In this document: positions 1 to 12,744 of the stretch, one piece after another
Layout of the letters: every line of letters begins with the position of its first letter
How positions within the stretch are numbered: the first letter of the stretch is position 1
NCBI RefSeq assembly: GCF_006345805.1
Contig: NC_043007.1
Span: 51,584,001-51,648,000, forward strand
Direction: 5' to 3'
Length of the DNA stretch: 64,000 nt
From: Octopus sinensis
Taxonomy: Eukaryota
Translations under genes and position numbers: made by a program
Notes under the pieces: model-generated
Databases searched by the model: none
Seen by the model: only the letters and a program-made list of their open reading frames with translations
Told to the model about the DNA's origin: nothing

Positions 1-2066
1 CTTATGACACTGAGGATTATGTTCTATAGAAATAAACACGTCACTAGTATCAACCCCTATGCTCTAACCTTGGACGCTGAAGACGACGTGACGGAAAACT
101 TTTACGCTCATCTCGATGAGGTACTATCTTCCACTCCAAAAGACAAGATTGTGCTATTTTGTGACTTTAATGCTAGAGTCGGGAGAGACCACAGGCTCTG
201 CACTGGAACCATCAGAAAAGAAGGAACTGGCAGTGTTAACACCAACAGGACACTTTCCACCAAGTGTGCTGAGCATGATCTGGTGATTACCAATATCTTA
301 TTTCACCAGAAAAGCAAAGCTTCGTGGCAATATCCACTGACACCTGATTGATCATGTCATTATATAATCCCGTGACCACCAAGATGTGCTGATGACCCAA
401 ACCGTCACAGATGCAAGTGGATGTTGGACAAACCATCGCCTTATTTCCTTCTCCATAAAAATGAAGATTCGATGAAAAAGAAACGGTGAGACCAGAATAG
501 AAGCAAGAAATTCTATGTTGAAAAACTTCAGGATGCCAAATGCACGAACGATTACAACAAAATCACCAGGAATATCTGCCTAAAAATTTGTCACAAACTG
601 TCGAAGAAGACTGGAACTAGCCCAAAATTCCTATCATCACCACCTGCAAAGAAACGCTTTGTTTCAAGACCAGGAAGCATCAAGATTGGTGTGATGAAAA
701 TTATGAACAATTTCACCAACTCATCGACAACAAAAGAAATGCCTTCATTGCTCTAAAAATGATCGGAAGTCTGTCAGCAAGAAGAAAAAGTACCAAGGAT
801 GCAAAGCCGCCGTTCAAAGGGTTACACGATACCTAAAACGACGATGGTGGAGGGAAAAGACCCATGAAATTCAACAGGGCTTCTTCAACGCAACTAAGGC
901 TGTCCTTCGATGCATGATCAAACCCTTCTCAAAAACAAAGATAGTAACACCATCTTGAAATCTGATGTTACTGTCAACGCCATTTGGAAGGAACATGCGT
1001 ACGAGGGCCCTAGTCAACAACAGTGACACTGAATCAGCTCAAGTAAGATCAGAAGTGATACAAGACTGCGTCATAGCTCTCACACTTTTCATCGTCAGAA
1101 TTGCCACCATCATTGAAATCATCAAAGATGATCTCCCACTAGGAATTGAAGTTACTTATCGAACCGATTCCAAACTTTTCAGTCTTGCCCGATTGAGGTT
1201 CAAAAACAAAATCTTGAAATGCTTCATCATCGCGTGTCAATGTGCTTACGACTGCATTGCAGTATTATCCGAAGAAAATTTACAACATACACTCAATGCT
1301 TTCCATCAAGGTTACAGAAAACTGGGACTCACCATCAAGTCCCAGCAAGAAGACACAAGTCATCTCCCAACCATCACCAATGGATGCAAACAGTGCGCAA
1401 ACAGACTCTGGAATCGAGGGCGTAGTCTTAGAAAGCGTGTATCGTTTTTCGTATCTGGGAACTCGCCTCTCTTCCAATGCTGACATATATGACGAAATCC
1501 AGCATCGTCTCGAAAGCGCCGGTGCTGCCTTTGGCCATCTCTGAACGAGAATATTTCAGGATCGATGCATTTGAACAGTATGTTGAAAGAAGTCAACATG
1601 ATCTCCATTGAAGCTATCCTCATCCAGAAACAACTGAAATGGACTAGTCATCTTGTCCGGATGAAAAACAACCTTTTATCGAAGCAACTTCTCTACTCTC
1701 AAATAAAAGAAGGAAGGCGAAAATGAGGGTAAAAGAAAAGATTCAAAGATGTCCTAAAAGCCAACTTCAAGAAATGTAATACTGACGCTGTGAATTGAGA
1801 GAGAAATGCTCAAGATTGAGAACGCTGGAGACCCATCAACAAAAAGGAAATAGCAACCTTTGAGATCAGTAGGGCTGCCAGGCAAGAAGAAAAGAGGATG
1901 CACAGAAAAGATAGACAAGAACAAACAAGAAACCTTCCATCTTTAATATTCTATTCCACTTGTGGAAAAAACTACCCAGCAAGAATCGAACTCATCAGGA
2001 TCCATCAATAACTATTTTTAAAAAAGCAAAGACCACCATCCTCGATCTCGTGGGATAGCCAAGACA
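1..2066 (+). mobile_element. Degenerate RTE-clade LINE (AP endonuclease + RT remnants, internally deleted, with 3' end)
   Basis: ORF 4-351 has AP-endonuclease motifs (YALTLDAEDDVTENFY, DFNARVGRD, NILFHQK..SWQ). ORF 965-1483 has the RT QGCVIAPTLF-like segment (QDCVIALTLF). ORF 1242-1544 has FSYLGTRLSS...EIQHRL. A C-terminal TCGK..ARIELI zinc-finger-like remnant and a short 3' UTR lie near 1960-2066. Many frameshifts and stops. Confidence 0.9.
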
Positions 2067-3477
2067 ATATGTGTGTGTGGGTGGGTGGATGGGTGTGTAT
2101 ATGTGTATGCATGCGTGCGTGTATGCAAATATACATATACATACATACATTTATTTGTATATACACACACACATACGTGTGTGTGCGTGTGTGTGTTTCA
2201 AAGTATTTACATATGTACGTATGTATTACGATTCTCCATCCGTTCAGACAATAAAGATTCGATGAACCGAATATCCTGCTCATTGAATTAGTGTGTAACT
2301 GGCCAAGTGTTCCACACATGAGCGTACATTTAATGTACTTATTTTAAAGCAGAAACACCGTGATACAGTATGTGGAAAGGCTGTAACGTTTGTATTAGAC
2401 GTACAATCCATTCACTGGGCTTCTATACAGTTTCCGTCTTCTGTCGAGACGAAGCTACAGAATATGACATTTTTTCCCAAAATGATACATAGTGGGCTTG
2501 ATCCAAGTATCTCCTTAAATTTCACAAGAAATTGCTCCGCAAAATTACAGTTCTCTCTCAAATATTGCTCCTTTTATTCTTGTTCACTGTAACTCCATAA
2601 CATCCAGGTGTTTGCGGACAAAAATGGTCAGTCACCCGACTTCATTGATTCACCTTTCTGACCTAACCAATGGCTGACCGCCCAACCTCATCAAAATAGA
2701 TTTGTTTTGATGTTCAATATGTTGTAATATGGTTTCTGATCCTGTGATTTCAGCCCTCAATAGTTTGAATGTGTTTCTCTGACATACATCTTTAAACCCA
2801 TAGCTAAATGTGTCAGATTTTGACTTAAGGAGGATGCTTCAGTGTGGTCACCTGATGTGCTAGAAATACCAAACAACACACTCTGAAACGAGGATGTATC
2901 GTATTAAGTTAGAGACGGTGTAATAGGTAGTGTAATCCTCGATACATTGTGCTTGACTGAATGGTCATAGCCAGAACGTCTTTGATTATATATCTCATCC
3001 ATATCGACACATAAGTTAAATCACACGATTTAATTTATGTGTCATTATGGATGAACAGCCACTGTGGTTTTGCTTGTGGAGATGTATATGCATGGTGTGT
3101 ATGTACGAACATATGTGGATATGTGCGCATGTACATCGGTATAAATGTGCGTATGTTTGCCTGTATGTGTATTTTCCTGTGCGTGTGTCTGTGTGTGCCT
3201 ATATCTGTACCTACTCCAACTAAAATAATTAATTATAGAATCTTCTTTTAATGAAGGGCATTTTGAAATGTTTACCGTTTAGCTAGACGGAAAACTTTCG
3301 AATTTTACAGGAACAAGAGAAACTGGTTTTATGATGTTCTTGACATTCTACATTATCAATGTTTAGTGAATTTATTTTGCTTTAATTGTTGTGTCTTCAA
3401 TTTGCTCAATTTAATTTCTGAGGCACAAAACAAAGAATTTATAACAAGGAAGCATCAGTCTGTATGGGTACTCATGA

Positions 3478-3625
3478 GTTGTAGTCGTTGTTGCTGCTGC
3501 TGTTGTTCTTGCTATTGTTGTTGTTGTTGTCATTGTTGTTCCTGTTATTATTGTTGTTATTGCTACTGTTGTTGTTGCTGCTATTGTTGTACTTACTGTT
3601 ACTGTCGTTGTTGCTGTTGGTGTGT
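3478..3625. repeat. Mixed (TTG/CTG/TTA)n microsatellite
   Basis: Imperfect trinucleotide run seen directly; it explains the poly-C/L/T ORFs. Confidence 0.9.
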
Positions 3626-4125
3626 AGCCCAAAGTTATGTCTGTTCAAACTTATCTATGGTAAAAGATTTTCCTATTGCAGCCATTCCGTCTTTTCGTAT
3701 ATCTTTGGCTATATTTCTCTGCTATTTCTTTATTTATGATAGTATGGTGTGGTTTAACGGAAGTTTAGCTGCTATTTTATGCAATTCGTGCGGTCAAGGA
3801 GAGGCCCGTGCTTGAGTTAACAACGTATATAAAGTAAAAGTTTTTCGAAATGTAATCAAACCCGGACAATTATTTCCGTTTACGGACAATTTACTTCTGC
3901 CACGGAATTCCTACATAACACCACATTGAAAATATTAAGACAGTGATGTGCTTTTTTATATTTAATTTTAAATCTACGTTTTTTTAATTATTTTTACTTT
4001 TGCGATGACACTTTATTAATCTTTCAGATGAAAGGATTAATATCCGGTAAACGCCTCCGAAAGGCCAGTAACAAAACAGCGGACATTTTCTTATTAGGAA
4101 GTCAAATGAATGTGTCTCACGTATT

Positions 4126-4250
4126 TGTTGTTGCTGTTGTTGTTGTTGTTGTTGTTGTTCTTCTTCTTCTTCTTCTTCTTCTTCTTCTTCTTCTTCTTCT
4201 TCTTCTTCTTCTTCTTCTTCTTCTTCTCCTTCTTCTTCTTCTTCTTCTTC

Positions 4251-4282
<32 letters not shown>

Positions 4283-4325
4283 CTTCTTCTTCTTCTTCTT
4301 CTTCTTCTTCTTCTTCTTCTCGTCC
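4126..4325. repeat. (GTT)n-(CTT)n microsatellite
   Basis: Near-perfect trinucleotide tracts seen directly. Confidence 0.95.
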
Positions 4326-5164
4326 TCGCTTGCATTCTATGATTGTTTACTAGTATTTTGTGTATTCAAAAAATAAACCTGCTACTACAAATACAACTAT
4401 AACCAGCACGACTACCACTATTACTTACTGATGTCTTTATTTGTTAAGGAATCATCATCATCATCATCATCATCATTTCATTATCATTATTATTCTTATT
4501 ATAATTGTTGTTGTCATAACCACTAGGTGACTGCTCAGCAAATAACGTCTTTATCCACTTCACTATGCCCGAAGGCAGGACTGAGTGAATCTTTAAGGCT
4601 TATAAACCTAGAGGTTGAGAGTTCAATTCCAGACAAGGCACTAATCTATATCAGAAGATACCTGAAGAAAACTGGAGCGTACAGCAATCGAAACGTAGCG
4701 AAAGCAACTATCAAGATGAGGACACCAATCCGACTAATGTAAACAATGTACGTAATGAAAGGATTATTTTTGTAGTTGTTGTTGCGTACCAACTGATTTA
4801 TTATCCTACAACCAATTTAAAACAGTCTCGGTAGTGGTGGTGGTGGTGGTGGTTTTGGTGGTGGTATCTTTGTTATTGTCCTTAAAGTTTCCCTTATTGT
4901 AAACTGTTTTGCTAAAAAATGATATTGATGAAATAAGAAAGCAAGAAGCGCGTGCACAAAGTCTATATGGCAGAGCCAGTGGAGCGCTGAGTAATAACTT
5001 GGCGTGGTTGAGTTCCATTTATTTAAAGTTGAAATTCGTAAACTTTGCTTTTGCTTTTTCCGATGTTGATAAAACTCCAGTGTCGATAAAACTATTCACC
5101 TAACTTTTACATTTATTGGCGATTATTGCCATTTGTAAAGAAGAATTTCTAATATGCAAGCAAA

Positions 5165-5390
5165 TGGAGGCGGCGAGCTGTCAGAATCGTTAGCAAAACC
5201 GTGTAAAACAGGGGCATTTCGTCATTGTTTACGTTCTGAGTTAAAATACCGCCGAGGTTGATTTTGCCTTTCATCCTTTCGGAGTTGATAATATAAGTAT
5301 CAGTTGAGGACTGGAGTCGATGTAACCGACTTATCCCCTCCCCCAAATTTGCTGGTCTTGTGAAAAAATCTGAAAGCAATATATAAGGAA
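5165..5390 (+). mobile_element. tRNA-derived SINE, family S1 (ggcggcgagctg-cagaa-cgttagc... head)
   Basis: Same sequence family recurs at 19722, 28598, 57348 and 58728. It has A-box/B-box-like motifs and the shared gcctttcatcctttcggggtcgataa body. Confidence 0.85.
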
Positions 5391-6249
5391 ATGGTCACAA
5401 CGTTGAGAGGAAATGTTATAGGAGACTGTATATAACAAGTAACTTATTCTATGGAGGTGAAAGGTAATTTCGGTGGAATGTTGCTACAGGGTACAGCAGA
5501 AAAAAGCCTTTCAATTTTGTTGTTTCGATGCATATTAGCTAGCGGAATAAGGGAGGTGGTAACAATGTCTCCATGTAACTAATGCCTTCCTGATTTATTT
5601 GGGACTTTCTTTAGCTGTTACGATCATGTTTGGACAAGTGCACACCAAGCATTTGTCAAAAACATTGTCAAAAACATTGAAGGCTCTTTGTCACACTCTG
5701 TAGGTTGTAACAGCGGTAAATATTAGTACAATGCTATGTCACTCTACATAAATAGTAGAGTGACATGTCATTCTGTCAGGGGTAGAAATAACAGTTTAGT
5801 AATGTGAAGGAACAGCAGTTCATCTGCCGCGTTATGCCGCTAGCAATAACAACTGTTGTATCTCTTAAATATATTCCACATTAAAGTATTTTCTGGATCA
5901 GTTAAAGCACAAAATTGTAAAGCGGGGCCTAATTGATTCGATAACTAAGTTGCTAATAAGAATGGAAATTAGCATCTTTCATTTATTTTAATTACTTATC
6001 CTTAATTCGAGGAACATGAAATATTGATTTCTTTCGCACAAGGTCACGTGATTATATATATATATATAGGATTATAGGTATATTTGAAGTATTAATTTAA
6101 AGTATTAATTTACGGTATATTTGAAGTATACTTCAAATATACCGTAAATGGTCTTTACATACCGAATACTGCTTGGTCGAATTTATTAACAATTAATTAA
6201 TTCGACCCCTTTTTTGATAACAATATATAGGATTATATGTAGAAATACA

Positions 6250-6550
6250 TATGCAATCATTACATCAATTTAAAATGCAGCTGCACAAAGACATGAAGTT
6301 GCATAGAGTTACACCAAAAAATTTAAAGGTAAGAATCTTGTCTGGTTCAATATCCCATACAACTAATCATTATCCACAAACATATATAGAAAATTTATGG
6401 CTATTTTAGAAAATAACTTCCCTACATCCCATAGATGTAATAGAATCTTTTCACGTAAGACAGTTAGAATCTCATACTCTACTCTCCCAAATATAGGTAC
6501 CATCATAGCTAGATAAAATAGGAAAAATATAAAATTAGCCAGAATTGTTG

Positions 6551-6610
<60 letters not shown>

Positions 6611-7361
6611 GAAATGATAATAAAAATATTAATAATAATAGTAATAACAGTACTGTCAGTTATAACTTAAACCCCCAAAATGAAAATAGTAGTATTGATG
6701 ATGATGATGGAGTGAATAGATTATAGATTATAGTTCCAGTACATATACGGGAATGGAAACTATTAGTATGTCTGATGATGCAGAGGCGATCTTATATGAT
6801 AATATGATTGAAGTGGAGTTAGAAAATAACAGATGTGAACATAACATACTTGATAATAGAATTATTAATAGCGAAAATATTTACAATAAAAATAAATATG
6901 GTAATTTAAATTTTAATAATACTAATATTAATAATAATAATTCTCCTAGTTGCAATTGTAGGGTTAAATATCGCTGTCGGTTATTAGGCCGATGTCTTAC
7001 CCAGAACGTTGTATATAAATGCACAATAATAACTACAACTAATAATTATATTTACTTCAGTTGTTCGATTAATTTGAAACAGCGTATATGCAATCACGTG
7101 TCGTCCTTTAAACTTAAACATAAGGCGAATTGTATCCAGTAAGATATGGGAATTGAAAGAATTGGGTTTAGCCTCAAATGGGAAATAATAAGAAAAGCTC
7201 AGCCTTATAGAAATAGCAGAAATGCTTGTGAGCTGTGCTCTATGGAAACATGTGAATTTTTTAAGCGTAAAGATAATGGCAACCTGATTAATAATCGATT
7301 AGACCTTAAGATATTATGTGTACATAATGCCACCCGTACCTTTGAATATTTTAGAAAGTAG
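6250..7361 (+). mobile_element. 5'-truncated Penelope-like element (PLE1): linker + GIY-YIG endonuclease remnant
   Basis: Conceptual translation gives KNLVWFNIPY...RKFMAILENNFP...RIFSRKTVRISYSTLPNIGTII, then CNCRVKYRCRLLGRCLTQNVVYKC..YIYF..KQRICNH, then KWEIIRKAQPY...CELC...LINNR. An (AAT)n expansion at ~6550-6650 interrupts the frame. Confidence 0.85.
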
Positions 7362-8209
7362 CACTTTATTGATATTGTGATTTAAAACCTATAATGTAAA
7401 TAAACAACTTTTAGTTTTAAATACTTGAATTATTACATATTTTCTATAAATCTCCTCTATTGAAGTTGTATATACACTTCATCATGATTTTAGTGATTAA
7501 GCTATCTTATATCCTTTTCTATGGTGTTCTACCCTACCTGATCATTTTAATACTTTATAATTGCCTTTAGATAAACCTAAAATGTTTCTACCCCTATAAA
7601 TTCATACTTAGCTTTTAAAAAACAATATGGGTATCTTCACAACTTAAAATTAAACTGCTTAGATTATAATTTAACTAATTTATAGTAAATTTGTTCTTTC
7701 ACCTCAGTAATAAATCTTCCTGATAAAACCTAAATTTTAACTTTATACAATATGAATATATTGTTTAAAATTGTTTTAGTAACTAAGTTTTTTTATCCCT
7801 TTCTTAAAGTGTTCCGTCCTCCTAATTTTGGTATTTACATTGGCCATATACAAGCAGCCCTTCTAATTAAGTACCCCTAAGAAACTGCAATATCATTTAT
7901 GGATTAACACAACTTTTAAAGTATTTATTATACCTCTTAATTTAATATTAGTATATAATTAGCAAGTCCTTTGACAACTATTATTCTTTTAATCAATACC
8001 GGGTTTCAGTCCTGATTATAATAAGCTAAATAAGCTAATTAACAATTTTTAGCTCATAATACTTAAATTATTATACCTTTTCTATAAATCTTTGCTATTG
8101 AAGTTAATAACGTATGGATATTTTATCATGGTTTTTAGGGATTAGGCTGTCTTTATTCCTTTTCTATGGTGCTCTACCCTAACTGATCATCTTATTATTA
8201 TTATTATTA

Positions 8210-8282
<73 letters not shown>

Positions 8283-8284
8283 CT

Positions 8285-9735
8285 TTTTTTCTTCTTTTTT
8301 TATTTTTATAGCGTGCTTTCACTTCACTACCGAGCACAGCTCTGTGTGCCTTGGGTATGTGCTGTGATTTGTTGTGATGCTCTGATGGTTATTGTATGGA
8401 AAGTGTTCTGCGTAGGATGTGTGCAGTGCCTAGTAGTGCAATTTTCTGTATGTTATATGTGTTTATAAGTCCTGGTGTTTTTGTTATGTATTTGTCTGAA
8501 TATTTTTTTATCATGCCTAATGCACCTACTATGATAGGAATTGTTTCTGTTTTCAGATTCCACATTCTAGTTACCTCTATTTCCAGGTCTTTGTATTTTG
8601 AGAGTTTCTCCATTTCTTTTAGAGACACGTTGTCATCAGCCGGTATTGATACATCAATTAGAAAGCATTTTTTTTCTTCATGATCTCTGACAACTATATC
8701 TGGTCTGTTGGCCTTAATTTCTCTATCTGTGTGTATCGGCATATCCCAGAGTATGGTTGCTTTCTCGTTTTCTGTGACCTTTTCTGGTGTGTGCCTATAC
8801 CATCTTTTTTCTGTTGTTATTCCATAATGTTGGCATAGCTTCCAATGTATGTAGGTTCCAACTCTGTCATGTCTGTGAATATATACCTTCTTAGCCAAGA
8901 CTGGGCAGCTAGAGATAATATGATTTATTGTTTCTTGTCCATCTCCACATATTCTGCAGTTACTTGTAATATTTCTTTTCATTACATGTTTTTGGTAATT
9001 TCTGGTGGGGAGGCTTTGGTCTTGTGCTGCAATTAAAAATCCCTCTGTTTCTGCTTTGAGTCCTGAGCTTCTCAACCATTGCTGGGATTTTTCTTTGTCT
9101 ATTTCTTTTGCGTTTAGTTTAGTGCAGTATTTACCATGAAGGGGCTTTTCTTGCCATCGTTTTATCATGGTTCGTTGCTGTTCTATTTTTAGTTTGGATT
9201 TCATTTGTTTTATAGCTTTTGTTGTTTCTTCATCTTCTTCTTCTTCTTCTTCTTCATGTTTATTAGGTGGTATTATTTCTTGTTTGTATTTGTCAACTTC
9301 CTTAAATACTGAGAACAGTTTTTTGTTTTGCTCGTGTTTTGCCGCTATCTGGATCAGTTTTCCTTCCTTCTGAAGTAGATATTTTTGCAGTCCTATGGTG
9401 GTTATTTTATAGTAGTTTTCCAGCTGTATAAGGCCTCTACCACCTTCTATACGTTGTATATATAGTCTTTCTATGTCAGATTTTGGGTGATGCATCCTAG
9501 ATCCTGTCATTATTTTTCTTGTTTTCCTATCTATTTTGGTCAGTTCATTTCGTGTCCAGTTAAGGATATTGTAGCTGTAACTTATAACTGGGACAGCTAA
9601 AGTGTTGATACCTATTATCTTGTTTTTAGCATTGAGCTCTGTTTTTAGTATTGATCTAACTCGTCTATAATATTCTTTTTTTATTTTCTCTTTCATTTGT
9701 GTGTGTTGTGTCTTATCTAGTTCATGTTATTATCT
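8285..9735 (-). mobile_element. 5'-truncated R4/Dong-type non-LTR retrotransposon (RLE class) inserted in (TAA)n
   Basis: Contains the open 435-aa frame 8389-9696 plus a 3' UTR. (ATT)n tracts flank both sides (8193-8283 and ~9737-9800). Confidence 0.9.
8389..9696 (-). CDS. C-terminal part of non-LTR retrotransposon ORF: RT thumb, CCHC zinc knuckle, restriction-like endonuclease
   Basis: Motifs CRICGDGQETINHIISSC, RHDRVG and RPDIVVRD..CFLIDVSIP..EKLSKYKDL. The uninterrupted frame is probably a truncation product rather than a true start. Confidence 0.85.
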   Translation of the reverse strand: MKEKIKKEYYRRVRSILKTELNAKNKIIGINTLAVPVISYSYNILNWTRNELTKIDRKTRKIMTGSRMHHPKSDIERLYIQRIEGGRGLIQLENYYKITTIGLQKYLLQKEGKLIQIAAKHEQNKKLFSVFKEVDKYKQEIIPPNKHEEEEEEEDEETTKAIKQMKSKLKIEQQRTMIKRWQEKPLHGKYCTKLNAKEIDKEKSQQWLRSSGLKAETEGFLIAAQDQSLPTRNYQKHVMKRNITSNCRICGDGQETINHIISSCPVLAKKVYIHRHDRVGTYIHWKLCQHYGITTEKRWYRHTPEKVTENEKATILWDMPIHTDREIKANRPDIVVRDHEEKKCFLIDVSIPADDNVSLKEMEKLSKYKDLEIEVTRMWNLKTETIPIIVGALGMIKKYSDKYITKTPGLINTYNIQKIALLGTAHILRRTLSIQ

Positions 9736-11739
9736 AGTTATTATTATTATTATTATCATTATTATTATTATTATTATGATTATTATTATTATTATTATTG
9801 CTGCTACTACTACTACTACTATTATTACTCTTAAATAAATCTAATCCTTGTGTCCCTATTAATTCATACTCAGCTTATATAAGATAATACTGGTATCTCC
9901 ACAACTTAAAATAATTCAATTTAATTAAATCAGTATATAGTTGACATGTTCTTTAACCTCAGTGCTCCTTCATTAAATACCAGTTAAATCCAATTGATCA
10001 ATCTCCATAGAAACCATCTAATAAGTTAATATTTAGATAAATAACAAGTAAAAAAATATTAAACTATTTCTTTGTAATTTTCTTTTCCTCTTTGTGGTAA
10101 AACTTGGTATACACTCAAAATATTCAAAGAAGTGGTATCCTTTTGTTAAAATTTTCATTCTTAATAATCTTCTTGATTACCCTAAATTTTAACTTTATAC
10201 TATAAGGCAATATTGTCTGAAATGATCTTTAAAAATTACTTGATTTATCCCTTTCTTAAATGGCTCTACCCTCCTGATCTTAGTATTTATAAGGGCCTTT
10301 ATATAAATAATTCTTCTAAACAATACCACTAAGAAACTATAAATATCATGTAGGGAGTAACAATAACCTCTTAAACCTACAATATAACCCTTAGTTTTAA
10401 AAAATTAGTGTAAAATATGAATGTTCCATAACTTAAATATTCCTTTAGCTGATACCAGACATCAATCTTTTATTGATATTAGCTAAATAAGTAAATATAT
10501 AATTTTTAGTCTAATATATTTTGAATTATTATTATATTTTCTATAAATCTTCTCTATTGGTGTTAAAAAGCTACATATACTTTATCATGGTTTTAGAGAT
10601 TAAGCTTTTTCTATTCCTTTTCTATGGTGTTCTGCCCTACTTGATTATTTTATAATTAGCCATTATTTATTTAGAAAATTAATCTAATTTTTGTACCTCT
10701 ATAAGTTCATACTTAGCTTATATGAAACTATATTGGTATATTCACTACTTATTTTTAAAAAACTGCTTAGATTATAATTTTATTAATATATAATTAGCAT
10801 GTCCTTTTACCTCAATACTCCATTATTAATACCGGTATATACCAATTAATCAATATTCACAGATACCATCTAATGAGCTAGTATTTAAGTGTATAATATG
10901 TATAAATATGAAACTATTTCTGGATAATTTCTTTTCCTCCCTCTATTGTGGTAAAAGTTTGGTATATACTCAAAAGTATTCAAACATTTCTATCCTTTTG
11001 TTATAATATTCTTCTTAATAATTCTCTGAATAACCCTAAACTTTAACTGTATACAATATAGCAACATTGTTTAAAATATTTTAACTATAGTATACATGAT
11101 AAAATTTCCCGTTTCATTATCAATGGTCTGGTAGTGGACGACCCCCTTAATTATCAGCTAACATCTTGTTTTAAGTTTTCCTTTACCAAACCTTATGATA
11201 TTCCTTCTAATAAATCTTGATTTTTATAATTATACCAACTATGATTTCTGTCTGCTCCCTTAGCCCTTCCCCTAACAGATACTGCCCCCTTTGTTCTCTC
11301 AGACTAAGATATACAAGAATTTGATAAACTAGTCTATAAATTAAAAATTGACCCCATAAAAACAAAAAATCAGTGACAAGCAGAGTCTGTAACAATGTAT
11401 ATCTTCTTGATATCTTAGTAGCTTCTATGCCTGAGTGAAGGCAGCATGTTCTTTGTCTATCTCCTTAACTTCTTGGAGATTTTAGGTATAATTATATCAA
11501 TGTATCCATCTGTTTAAATTTAATTAAACTCTATGACTTTGTGCAGCTGAGGATTGCTCTGCATTTTAAACTGATGTAATGAAGGCATTGTTCAATTAAA
11601 TGGAGTTGCATGAAATGATCGTACTGCATTACCTCTGGATATCCTTGTTTATTTTGATTTTAATCACGTTATTTTGAAATTGTATGGATAATACCGTAGT
11701 AAATTCTTGTGCCTGAACTTAAGTACCATATTCATTTGA

Positions 11740-11787
<48 letters not shown>

Positions 11788-11794
<7 letters not shown>

Positions 11795-12360
11795 GACAAA
11801 GGAGGCAGAGATAGATTTTGGTTTTCTTCTTTTCTTTTTTCTCGTTCCACTCTTTGCATCAAACTTCTTCACGTTTTACTACTCGAATAGGTCCAAAGGT
11901 ATGCATTGATCCTGAAAATTTGCTTGGAGCGAATGAGTGGTTAAGACGTTTCCAAGGTGGTCGAAAAAATGTCGATAGGGATGAACGTTCTGCGAGACCT
12001 GCAACCAGCAGAACTGAGAAAAACATCGCAAATGTGCGTGCAGCTGTGAAGGGAAATCGTCGAATAACATATCCGTAAGTTATCAGAAGATGTGCAGATT
12101 AGTTACGGTTCAGTTCAGTCCATCATCACTGAAGATTTGAGTATGAGACGTGTGTCTGCCAAAACTGCTTTCGATCACACGCTACACACCTTCCTTCCAA
12201 GCACTGCTGTAAATAGCGGAAGTGAGCTAGAACGTTAAAACTCAGTGAGCATCCATGGCAGAGTCCAATGTCAATCTGCACCAAGTGGCTTTACTTTGCG
12301 TGCTTTAGCTTCATTTACTATGGCAACAATCCAGATACTTATTGATCAGACAACGTATGT
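11788..12360. mobile_element. Rearranged mariner remnant (HTH fragment + terminal inverted repeat)
   Basis: EWLRRFQGGRKNVDRDERSARPATSRTEKNIANVRAAV on the + strand. The right end (gatacttattgatcagacaacgta) is the reverse complement of the TIR at 16951. Confidence 0.75.
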
Positions 12361-12662
12361 ATGTGTGTAGAATTGACTTTTGCTTGCCGCTTATCTGATT
12401 ATAACATAAAAATAATTGTTTTTGTATCATTCAATTTGTGATCAATAATATCGCTAGATATAGGTTGTTAAAGAGCTAATCATTTATCACTCCATTAGTG
12501 ACAGCAGCACAGACGTCTAAATATGTGTTCAACTTTGGCTGAATAAATGCCACAGCTATTTTTGTTCGACCCAGGGGCTTATTAATTTTCTCATCGTTGG
12601 GTACACCTTTTTTCATGTGTGCACACACACACGAGTGTGTGTATACATACATATATATACAC

Positions 12663-12725
<63 letters not shown>

Positions 12726-12744
12726 TGTGTGTGTGTATGTGTGT

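Larger units (their letters stand above)
7362..11085. repeat. Diverged AT-rich tandem array, ~3 units of ~0.64-0.83 kb, interrupted by a LINE
   Basis: The motif ttttctataaatc...ccttttctatggtg-tct-cccta recurs at ~7440, ~8078 and ~10537. Other shared blocks include aattcatact-agctt, ccctaaa-tttaact-tatac and ttatccctttcttaaa. Confidence 0.8.

Noticed and set aside
2460-3020. Higher-complexity sequence that might be a decayed transposase
   Set aside because: All frames I translated are interrupted and I recognised no family motif.
4600-4700. tRNA-like B box followed by CUGAAGA...GAAACGUA
   Set aside because: Stems I and II barely pair and the cloverleaf is not recoverable; at most a very old remnant.
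7362-11085. Idea that the diverged array is a coding repeat using TAA/TAG as Gln, or a NUMT
   Set aside because: Conserved stops appear in frames on both strands, as expected for AT-rich DNA. One shared position is TGA in one unit and TAA in the others, and no mitochondrial gene is recognisable.
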